39,520 nt of DNA. Source: Planctomycetota bacterium. GTDB lineage: Bacteria; Planctomycetota; B15-G4. Of the stretch, positions 26,040 through 33,020 are shown piece after piece. The position numbers and the translations under genes were made by a program. The notes under the pieces were generated by a model that saw only the letters and a list, made by a program, of their open reading frames with translations, made no database searches and was not told the DNA's origin. The stretch spans positions 1-39,520 of the forward strand of contig JAZALG010000091.1 in NCBI GenBank assembly GCA_036229545.1. Direction: 5' to 3'. The number at the start of each line of letters is the position of its first letter. The stretch's first letter is position 1.

Positions 26040-26510
26040 CTAAGAACCTAGGTGGCGCAAGACTTCCCCGGGCTGATCGACACCGAAAAAGCTCTCTACA
26101 AAACCATCCTTTTCGAGTTTGGCTCCCAGGTGGCGGTACGCCGTCAGATATTGGCGATCGTCATAAGGCGGACCGACGAAGGCGATCACGAGACGCAGGG
26201 GGTCTTCCAACTCCCCTTGAAGTAAAAGTTCTTCCGGAAAGACCGCAACGGCCATGATGAGGCGGCGAGCCTGCAGGGTGCGGACATGAGGCATCGCAAT
26301 CCCCTGTCCTAGAAACGTTGGGGTGCGTCGTTCTCGGAGGATGAGGTCTTGGGTGATTTTTTTCCCATTGATGACGTCCTCGCTCCGGCAGAGCAGTTCC
26401 GCCATGTGCTGTACCACATGTTCGTAAGTGGGCTCTTTGTCCTCTTCCGCCAAGGAGGATGAGGCGTCGAGGTCCACCCGGTCTTCTGCCAGAAAACGTG
26501 AAAGATTCAC
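26040..26510 (-). CDS. ptsN: PTS EIIA type-2 domain protein (PtsN / EIIA-Ntr-like)
   Basis: TFLGQGIAMPHVRT is the family's phospho-His motif (GIAxPH). ~155 aa, a single domain. GTG start overlaps the nagZ stop (GTGA at 26507-26510). Confidence 0.7.
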   Translation of the reverse strand: MNLSRFLAEDRVDLDASSSLAEEDKEPTYEHVVQHMAELLCRSEDVINGKKITQDLILRERRTPTFLGQGIAMPHVRTLQARRLIMAVAVFPEELLLQGELEDPLRLVIAFVGPPYDDRQYLTAYRHLGAKLEKDGFVESFFGVDQPGEVLRHLGS

Positions 26511-27967
26511 GGGAGCACCTCCGAGGACCCCAGAGGGAGGACCCCCGGTGTCGGATGACGTCCTACGAGTGCCATGGCTGCCTGACGAGTGGCTTCCGGG
26601 CTGGGCTCATAGGCGACCAAGACAGGAACGGTGTCGGGAGCCTCTAAGGCTTCGTAGGGGGATCCGAGGATTACGAGGGCGTCGAGTCGGTTTTGAGCCA
26701 GATTCCACTCAAGTCTCTCACGGTCACGAGATGAGAGTCGTGATGAACCGAGGTGGGCTGCGACAGAAGTGATGACCAACCCGACAGTCACTCCCCCTGG
26801 TTCGGGGATGTGCCCAACTCCCTCAAGGGCTTCCTCCCAACAGCCGGCTACCGGGCCCCTCTCCTCTTCGCCAAAGACGAGTGTGTCGACGGCCATGCCC
26901 GGAGAAACTTCTGGAAGAGGCCCATGGAGGAGCGTCATGGCGTCAGCCATCAAGCGTTCCCCTAAGGTCGAGACTGGCGCGGCGATTTTCGGTGGATTCT
27001 GAGGAATGGATTTTTGTGCGGCTTCAATCCTCTGGACAGCGCCGTCGAGGACCTCGTCGGGGAGGGCGTACACACCGTGAGATTTCTCCAGGCTTTGAGC
27101 GCAGGCAAGGGGATCAGACGGCATGAGGAGAACATCAATTCCTGATTGCAGAACATCGAGAGCGGCTGCCTCCTCTTGAGGAAAACCGCCCATGTCCATC
27201 GCGTCAGTGACGACAAGACCGCTGTATCCGAGTCGATGGCGTAGATAGTCGAGAATGATGTTGGGTGATGTTGTTGCCGGGCGTCCAGGGACTGGGTCGA
27301 GGGCGGGAACTTCGAGGTGCCCGACCATGAGACCGCCGATGTTTTCGGCAATGAGCGTTCGGAACGGAGCAAGATCAATGGACTCCATCTCGCTGAGGTT
27401 GCGTGTGAGGCGAGGTCGTTCGCTGTGGCTGTCTTGGATCGTAGATCCGTGCCCGGGGAAGTGCTTGGCCACGGCAAGACAACCACCGTCTTGCAGACCT
27501 TGGGCAAAAGCCGAAGCGAAAGACGCAACCCGAAGGGGATCATCACCGAAGGAGCGGGTCGCGATGATGGGATTGGTGGCTGCGGTATTGACATCAGCCA
27601 CGGGAGCGAAGACGACGTCGATTCCAGCTTGTCGAGCTTCAATGGCGGTGAGCAACCCCGCTTCTCTCGCGTTCTCCGGCGATCCGGTTGCAGCGAGTGC
27701 CATGGCAGAAGGCAAGGTGCTTTTTTTCTGGATCTGCTGCCCGCATCCTCTCTCAAGATCTGCGGCGATCAGGAGGGGCTTGGGGCATCGCAGGCGGAGG
27801 GCGGCGATGAGCTGCTCGACGTTGTTTGCACCTTCACCAAAAACGATGACTCCGCCGGGCGGGTACTGCTCAATCAACGGGGTGAGTGCATCGAGTCCGC
27901 CTTCGCCGCGACTCGCGCGGAGGGCTGGCCAGATGACTTGGCCAATGCGATGTTTCAGCTCAGGCAT
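26507..27967 (-). CDS. nagZ: glycoside hydrolase family 3 beta-N-acetylhexosaminidase (NagZ-like, two-domain form)
   Basis: KHFPGHGSTIQDSHSERP (KH(F/I)PGHG plus the D-x-H dyad) and LVVTDAMDMGG. A ~150-aa C-terminal alpha/beta domain extends beyond single-domain NagZ length. ATG 27967 is preferred; the track's TTG 27991 is possible. Confidence 0.8.
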   Translation of the reverse strand: MPELKHRIGQVIWPALRASRGEGGLDALTPLIEQYPPGGVIVFGEGANNVEQLIAALRLRCPKPLLIAADLERGCGQQIQKKSTLPSAMALAATGSPENAREAGLLTAIEARQAGIDVVFAPVADVNTAATNPIIATRSFGDDPLRVASFASAFAQGLQDGGCLAVAKHFPGHGSTIQDSHSERPRLTRNLSEMESIDLAPFRTLIAENIGGLMVGHLEVPALDPVPGRPATTSPNIILDYLRHRLGYSGLVVTDAMDMGGFPQEEAAALDVLQSGIDVLLMPSDPLACAQSLEKSHGVYALPDEVLDGAVQRIEAAQKSIPQNPPKIAAPVSTLGERLMADAMTLLHGPLPEVSPGMAVDTLVFGEEERGPVAGCWEEALEGVGHIPEPGGVTVGLVITSVAAHLGSSRLSSRDRERLEWNLAQNRLDALVILGSPYEALEAPDTVPVLVAYEPSPEATRQAAMALVGRHPTPGVLPLGSSEVLP

Positions 27968-28157
27968 AGGGACGGGACTTGTGGGGGGCAAAAAAGAACC
28001 GATGGCACATCTTCATAGCAGAACGGAATAAACGGACTTGGAAAAGCGAGATCTACCTACAAAACCGCCTACAGGAGCAGATACGTAACAACCCCTTGAT
28101 TCAAATCGACCCTCTTTGCAAATTTCATGCAACGAAGGTTGGTGAGGGGAGTTGTTT

Positions 28158-28913
28158 TTGAAGCGAGCAACAGAGCCGAGCGTAGAGGACCTCTGGTCGA
28201 ACTACCTCAAAGCGCGAAAACGCATACACAAGGACCGGCTCGTTGAGCATTACACGCCCCTTGTGAAGAAGGTGGCAAAACAGTTGGCCATGCGCCTGCC
28301 CCCAACAGTCGATGAGGACGATCTGATGGGAGCGGGGACCTTTGGCCTCTTCAAGACCGTTGAGAACTTCGATCCTGAGCGGAAGGTGAAATTTGAGACC
28401 TACGCCCGCCTTCGTGTGCGTGGCGCCATGATCGACTTCCTGCGTCAGCAGGACTGGATCCCCCGGGAGGCTCGCAATCGAGGATCAAAAATGAGTCAGG
28501 AGATGGAATCTCTAGAGTCTGAATTGGGCCGGGCCCCGACCGACCTAGAGTTGGCTCGCCGCGTGGGCATGGAACTGGGAGACCTTCAAAAGGCTCTCTA
28601 CAAAACCATCCTCGCCCGAATGGTCTCGCTCACTGGGACCGAAGAAGACAACAATGGAAATTCAGAGGAGCGTCAAGAGGGTTTGGTATCTGACGACCCT
28701 GAGCCCGCAGACATCCTTCATCGTCGAGAGATGTTTGAAACTGCAACAAACCACTTGTCCGATGTTGAGCGCCGTCTCGTCCAGGCCTATTACTTTGAGG
28801 GCCTGACGCTCAAAGACATCGGAGAGAAAGAAGGGATCTCAGAGTCTCGGGTTTGCCAGATCCACGGCCGTATGCTGGATCGTCTCGCCGAGCGGCTTGA
28901 GAAGGAGGCCTGA
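28158..28913 (+). CDS. fliA: FliA/WhiG-type (sigma-28) RNA polymerase sigma factor
   Basis: HYTPLVKKVA...DEDDLMGAGTFGLFKTVENFDP...YARLRVRGAMIDFLR...LSDVERRLVQAYYFEGLTLKDIGEKEGISESRVCQIHGRMLDRL. TTG 28158 lies 7 nt after GAGGGGA; the track's TTG 28152 is also possible. Confidence 0.8.
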   Translation: MKRATEPSVEDLWSNYLKARKRIHKDRLVEHYTPLVKKVAKQLAMRLPPTVDEDDLMGAGTFGLFKTVENFDPERKVKFETYARLRVRGAMIDFLRQQDWIPREARNRGSKMSQEMESLESELGRAPTDLELARRVGMELGDLQKALYKTILARMVSLTGTEEDNNGNSEERQEGLVSDDPEPADILHRREMFETATNHLSDVERRLVQAYYFEGLTLKDIGEKEGISESRVCQIHGRMLDRLAERLEKEA

Positions 28914-28927
28914 AGACCTCCCCTCGA

Positions 28928-29413
28928 CTAGTTGGCGAGGGTTGTCTCCAGCGTTCCCTGGAGAGAAGCGAGTTCGAGTGCTTCGGCTTTGGTGAGGGCC
29001 ATGGAGATGGTGTCCCATGGGCACATCTTGGCGCAGAGTGAACAACTGATGCAGGTGTCATAGTCGACCTGACAGACTTGCGTCGGTGAGGAGTCTTGCT
29101 CCTCCATCGGAGCGACCTTGTCGATGGCATCAACCGGGCAGCATTCCATGCACACCTCGCACCCGGTGCATCCGTCTTCGTCGATCCATGCGATGGGACG
29201 CTCGTCCTTTTTCATCTTGGGAACAAACTGCCCGTATTGATCCTGGATGGCCTCCACCGGGCAGGCCCAGGCGCACATGGAACACTCAATGCACTCATCG
29301 GGCGCAAAGATACGGAAGGGTTCTTTGGTCTCTCCCTCGATAATTGCCATCGGGCATTCCTTGGCACATTGCGTGCACCCGATGCATATTTCTTCGACGA
29401 TGTAGAAGGTCAT
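28928..29413 (-). CDS. ferredoxin-like protein with four 4Fe-4S binding motifs
   Basis: Four CxxCxxCxxxCP motifs: CIGCTQCAKECP, CIECSMCAWACP, CTGCEVCMECCP and CISCSLCAKMCP. Confidence 0.8.
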   Translation of the reverse strand: MTFYIVEEICIGCTQCAKECPMAIIEGETKEPFRIFAPDECIECSMCAWACPVEAIQDQYGQFVPKMKKDERPIAWIDEDGCTGCEVCMECCPVDAIDKVAPMEEQDSSPTQVCQVDYDTCISCSLCAKMCPWDTISMALTKAEALELASLQGTLETTLAN

Positions 29414-29422
29414 GGCTGTTTA

Positions 29423-29477
29423 TGAATAATTCAGAGGGACGGAGGGGGGACAAGGGAATCATAAGGCATGAATTCAT
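29423..29477. promoter_or_regulatory. pair of related AT-rich palindromes in the 85-bp divergent region between the ferredoxin and IscU-like genes (candidate operator sites)
   Basis: TGAAT-A-ATTCA at 29423-29433 and ATGAATTCAT at 29468-29477, read directly. Centres are about 45 bp apart. No binding protein is known. Confidence 0.25.
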
Positions 29478-29525
29478 CCGCGCAAGACTGACGAGAGAGT
29501 GGGCTTACTTCGCTACAATGGCCCC

Positions 29526-29906
29526 GTGTTGCCCCTCCCGGAAGACCTCAAGCACCATTTTCATCACCCTGCGCATGTCGGACCACCCAAGGGTGGATAC
29601 GAGTATGAGGGCGAAGCTCGTCATCCGGCCTGCGGTGACCATGTGGTGATCTACCTTGCAGTCTTTGAAAAGCGTGTCCGCGAAGTTGGGTTCAAGGCCA
29701 TGGGCTGTCCTGCTTCGATGGCCATCGCCGCTGCCGCGGTCGATCTTCTCCCTGGCATGGTGAAAGATCGATCTCTTCCCGATGCCATGGTGGATGCCTA
29801 CGAGGGGCTTCATGGTCCCCCTCTCGATCTCCATCGTCACGGATTGCACCTCGTGGCGAGGGCTGTGAAGAACGCGGTTGCGGTAGCCCCTGCGAACGAG
29901 AACTAG
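29526..29906 (+). CDS. IscU/NifU N-terminal-domain-like Fe-S scaffold homologue (third Cys ligand missing)
   Basis: HHFHHPAHVG, HPACGDHVVIYL, GFKAMGCPASMA and LHRHGLHLVARAVKNA align with IscU DHYENPRNVG, APACGDVMKL, FKTYGCGSAIA and KIHCSILAEDAIKAA. GTG 29526 fits the IscU N-terminus; the track start is GTG 29499. Confidence 0.65.
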   Translation: MLPLPEDLKHHFHHPAHVGPPKGGYEYEGEARHPACGDHVVIYLAVFEKRVREVGFKAMGCPASMAIAAAAVDLLPGMVKDRSLPDAMVDAYEGLHGPPLDLHRHGLHLVARAVKNAVAVAPANEN

Positions 29907-30718
29907 TTCTCGTCAGTGACGACAGAATGCAGGGCGACGAGGGTCTTCAGAAGCCCACCCATTTCGTCGAGAGGGATCATGTTGGGTCCGTCAGACAGGG
30001 CTTGGTCAGGATTGGGGTGTGTTTCCGTGAAGATGCCGTTGCAGCCTGCCGCGACAGCTGCCTTGGCAAGGGTGGGAGCCATGGAACGATCTCCACCGGT
30101 TGTCCCCCCGCTGCCCGAGGGCTGCTGGACGCTGTGGGTTGCATCAAAGACGACAGGAACTCCGAGTTTTTGGACCTCTGGGATTGCCCGCATATCGCTG
30201 ACGAGAGTGTTGTAGCCAAAACTCACGCCTCGTTCGGTCACCATCACATCTTCGTTGCCCGTGCTGGTGACCTTGTCGATGGAATAGCGGATATCCCAGG
30301 GAGCCATGAACTGTCCCTTTTTGATGTTCACCGTGCAGCCCGACTGGCCCGCGGCAAGGAGGAGATCTGTTTGCCGGCAGAGGAAGGCGGGGACCTGCAG
30401 GACATCGATGCGTCCGGCGCACAGTTCAGCTTGGCGAGTTTCGTGGATGTCAGTCATGACGGCGCACCCGACCTGTTCCTTAACTTGTTCGAGGAGACTG
30501 ATTCCCTCTTCGGGGCCGGGCCCGCGGAAACTTTCCAGAGACGTTCGATTCGCCTTGTCGAAGGAGGCCTTGAACACGAATGGAATACCCAGGCTGTCCG
30601 TCATGTCCTTGAGTGTCTGAGCAACTTCGAAGGGCATGGCGTCATCCTCGATGACGCAGGGGCCAGCCAGCAGGAAGAGAGAACTCCCCGCTTCGATGAC
30701 ATGGGTTCCGAGTTTCAC
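29903..30718 (-). CDS. kdsA: 2-dehydro-3-deoxyphosphooctonate aldolase (KDO-8-P synthase), metal-dependent type
   Basis: LLAGPCVIED (Cys as in metal-dependent Aquifex-type enzymes, where E. coli has Asn). FKASFDKANRTS, QVPAFLCRQTDLL and FDATHSVQQP are also present. GTG start. Confidence 0.9.
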   Translation of the reverse strand: MKLGTHVIEAGSSLFLLAGPCVIEDDAMPFEVAQTLKDMTDSLGIPFVFKASFDKANRTSLESFRGPGPEEGISLLEQVKEQVGCAVMTDIHETRQAELCAGRIDVLQVPAFLCRQTDLLLAAGQSGCTVNIKKGQFMAPWDIRYSIDKVTSTGNEDVMVTERGVSFGYNTLVSDMRAIPEVQKLGVPVVFDATHSVQQPSGSGGTTGGDRSMAPTLAKAAVAAGCNGIFTETHPNPDQALSDGPNMIPLDEMGGLLKTLVALHSVVTDEN

Positions 30719-30816
30719 GACGTAGACTTCTCCAGAGCAGAGCGAGTCGGCATTCTAGCCACAATGCCGGGTTCTCCACGAGAGGGGGATCGATCTCAAA
30801 GGGAGGAAAGATACAG

Positions 30817-31686
30817 ATGAAGGCCCTGGTGACCGGTTCGACAGGTTTCTTGGGCAGTATGGTGTGCCAGATGGGTCGGTCGGCAGGACACGGAGTGGTC
30901 GGTGCCTGTCGCTCAGGAGGTGATGATCAGACGATCACAACGGATCTTTCCGTTGCAGGCACCGGTGAGGAACTAGTGGAAAGCGTCGATCCCGAGGTTG
31001 TGATTCACCTTGCCGCGATCGCAGATATTCGCCCCTGCGAGGAAAACCCGCAGATGGCTCGACTTCTGAATGAGAAGACTGCCGGCGAACTTGCGAGAGT
31101 GTGTTCTGAGCGGGGGATTCGGTTGCTCCATTGTTCCACGGACCAGGTCTTTGATGGGAGCCGAGGAGGGTGGAGTGAAAAGGACGAGCCGCGACCACTG
31201 CATTGCTATGGCGAAACAAAGCGGGCAGGCGAGAAGGCTGTGATGGATGCGAATCCTGACGCTGTGATTGTTCGTCCCGGTTTGATCACCGGTCTTGCAC
31301 CTCCCGGCCGACGTTCCTCCTCTTCGTCTCTTCTTGAATCTCTCCACGCAGGAAGAAGCCCCACGATGTTCACCGATGAACTGCGCAGTCCGGTTGCCGC
31401 AGTTGATGTGGCAAGAGTTTTTTGGGACATGGCAACAGGAGAGAAGGTCGCAGGCATTTTTCACTGCGGTGGTCCGGAACCCATGAGCCGATTCGACCTC
31501 GCGGTTCGAGAAGCGGAGGCTGCTGGTTTTTCCCGCGAGGCCATCACACCCGTCCTCCAAGGTGACGTGGGCTTCGACGGAACTCGCCCGAAAGATCTCA
31601 CCCTCGAGAGTGATCGCTTGCGAGAATGGCTCGGTTGGACACCCCGCGCTCTGGTGAGTGGCGAAGCGGGCAGTGAGATTCAGTGA
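30817..31686 (+). CDS. SDR-family NAD(P)-dependent sugar-nucleotide reductase, RmlD (dTDP-4-dehydrorhamnose reductase)-like
   Basis: MKALVTGSTGFLGS Rossmann motif, STDQVFDG, and YGETKRAGE (YxxxK). ~290 aa. GGGAGGAAAG SD lies before ATG 30817. No rmlABC genes are nearby, so the substrate is uncertain. Confidence 0.65.
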   Translation: MKALVTGSTGFLGSMVCQMGRSAGHGVVGACRSGGDDQTITTDLSVAGTGEELVESVDPEVVIHLAAIADIRPCEENPQMARLLNEKTAGELARVCSERGIRLLHCSTDQVFDGSRGGWSEKDEPRPLHCYGETKRAGEKAVMDANPDAVIVRPGLITGLAPPGRRSSSSSLLESLHAGRSPTMFTDELRSPVAAVDVARVFWDMATGEKVAGIFHCGGPEPMSRFDLAVREAEAAGFSREAITPVLQGDVGFDGTRPKDLTLESDRLREWLGWTPRALVSGEAGSEIQ

Positions 31687-31761
31687 GGAGGAACTTCTCT
31701 TCTCGCCCGGGCAGTGGACAATAGGAAGATCTCTTTTCTCTTTGTGTCGCTGGGGGGGCCT

Positions 31762-32964
31762 GTGAAGTCTTTCATCCTGTTGCCGACCGGGATCGCTGAT
31801 GTTCCGGTGGAAGACCTGGATGGGAAAACCCCGCTTCAGGTGGCTCGAACACCCAACCTCGATCGCCTCGCGGTCGCGGCACGACTCGGCATGGTGCGGC
31901 AGGTCCCCCAGGGGCTTCCGGTTTCTAGCGATGCGGCAATGCTGTCTGTCCTCGGTTACGACCCTCGGCGAGAATCTGCGTCTCGTGGTGGCCTGGAGGC
32001 CGCCGGGCTTGGGATCGCCCTGGGCGAAGACGACTTGGCTTTGCGGATGAACTTTGTCAGTACCTTCCGTGATCATCTCGTTGATTTTGGAGCAGGACGC
32101 ATCGGAGGCGTTGAAGCCCGGCTCCTTGTTCAAGCGCTCCAGGAGGGGCTTGGAGGAAAAGTGCGCAGGTTCCATCCCGGGCTGGGCTACCGAAATTTGC
32201 TTGTCCTCCATGGTGGCAGGGATCTTGATTTTCAGACTGTCCCTCCTCAGCAAGTCCAGGGGAGAGATTTAGCTGAGGCGATGCCGACGGGGCCTGACGC
32301 TGTTGTTCTTCTGGAGATCATGGAGGAGGCTGGACAGATCCTGGCTTCTCATGATGTGAATCAGGTCAGGATCGACCTGAAGGAGAATCCTGCAGACCGA
32401 ATTTGGCTCTGGGGCGAAGGGCCGGCGCCCGTCCTTGAACCCTTCCGTCTTCGCACCGGGCGCTCTCTCGCCGTGGTGGCCGCGGCACCCCTTGTGCGCG
32501 GTATTGGAGCCGTTGCTGGGGCGGAAGTGATCACCGTCGACGGTGCGACTGGTTCTTACGACACCAACTACAAGGGCAAACTCGTGGCCGCGCTGGAGGC
32601 TCTAGAAAAACACGATGTTGTGCTGTTGCACATTGCGGCGGCAAACGAGGCGTGCCATGAGACAGACATCTACAGAAAAATCTCCACGATCGAGGAGATG
32701 GACCATCTTGTTGTGGGGCCCTTGATCAAAGCCCTTGAGGCTCGAGGCGACTCCCGACTGATGGTGACGACTGATCACATGACCTCGACGGTAGAACGAG
32801 AAGAATCGACGGACCTTGTTCCTTTTGCCCTCTGGGAGCCGAATGGAGAATCCACAAGGGGCGAACGATTCACAGAGGAACAGGCCGCTCTGGGAGACTT
32901 TGTCGTGGAAGCGGGCCATTCCTTGCTAGAACTTCTCATGAGGCCCGCTGAAGCCCTCGGTTAA
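31762..32964 (+). CDS. apgM: cofactor-independent phosphoglycerate mutase, archaeal ApgM-type family (metalloenzyme superfamily)
   Basis: KSFILLPTGIADVP...DGKTPLQVARTPNLDRLA...SSDAAMLSVLGYDP...TTDHMT. GTG 31762 matches the usual family N-terminus; the track start is 31714. As I recall, bacterial members have also been proposed to be homoserine kinases, so the substrate is not certain. Confidence 0.7.
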   Translation: MKSFILLPTGIADVPVEDLDGKTPLQVARTPNLDRLAVAARLGMVRQVPQGLPVSSDAAMLSVLGYDPRRESASRGGLEAAGLGIALGEDDLALRMNFVSTFRDHLVDFGAGRIGGVEARLLVQALQEGLGGKVRRFHPGLGYRNLLVLHGGRDLDFQTVPPQQVQGRDLAEAMPTGPDAVVLLEIMEEAGQILASHDVNQVRIDLKENPADRIWLWGEGPAPVLEPFRLRTGRSLAVVAAAPLVRGIGAVAGAEVITVDGATGSYDTNYKGKLVAALEALEKHDVVLLHIAAANEACHETDIYRKISTIEEMDHLVVGPLIKALEARGDSRLMVTTDHMTSTVEREESTDLVPFALWEPNGESTRGERFTEEQAALGDFVVEAGHSLLELLMRPAEALG

Positions 32965-33020
32965 GAGGGATGCGCCCTCTAGACGGGCACTCCGAGATTC
33001 CCTAAGAAAACCATCACTCC

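Noticed and set aside
28003-28020. TGGCAC hexamer upstream of the sigma-28 gene, looking like a sigma-54 -24 element
   Set aside because: The required -12 element (TTGC about 5 nt downstream) is absent: tggcac atctt catag. A similar GGGCAC at 2012-2017 upstream of cheW is followed by ctatt gtga and fails the same test.
29423-29477. Reading the TGAAT/ATTCA palindromes as ARG boxes for the ArgR encoded at 798-1286
   Set aside because: The half-sites match ARG-box arms, but canonical boxes have four W bases between TGAAT and ATTCA and occur as tandem pairs 2-3 bp apart. Here the spacers are 1 nt and 0 nt (overlapping), and the sites are ~45 bp apart. I kept them as generic operator candidates only.
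30973-32253. 426-aa ORF on the minus strand spanning the RmlD-like gene, the intergenic gap and the ApgM gene
   Set aside because: It lies antisense to two genes with strong family motifs. Its translation is Arg/Ser/Pro-rich with no motif, and long antisense ORFs are expected in GC-rich DNA. No SD or start context supports it.
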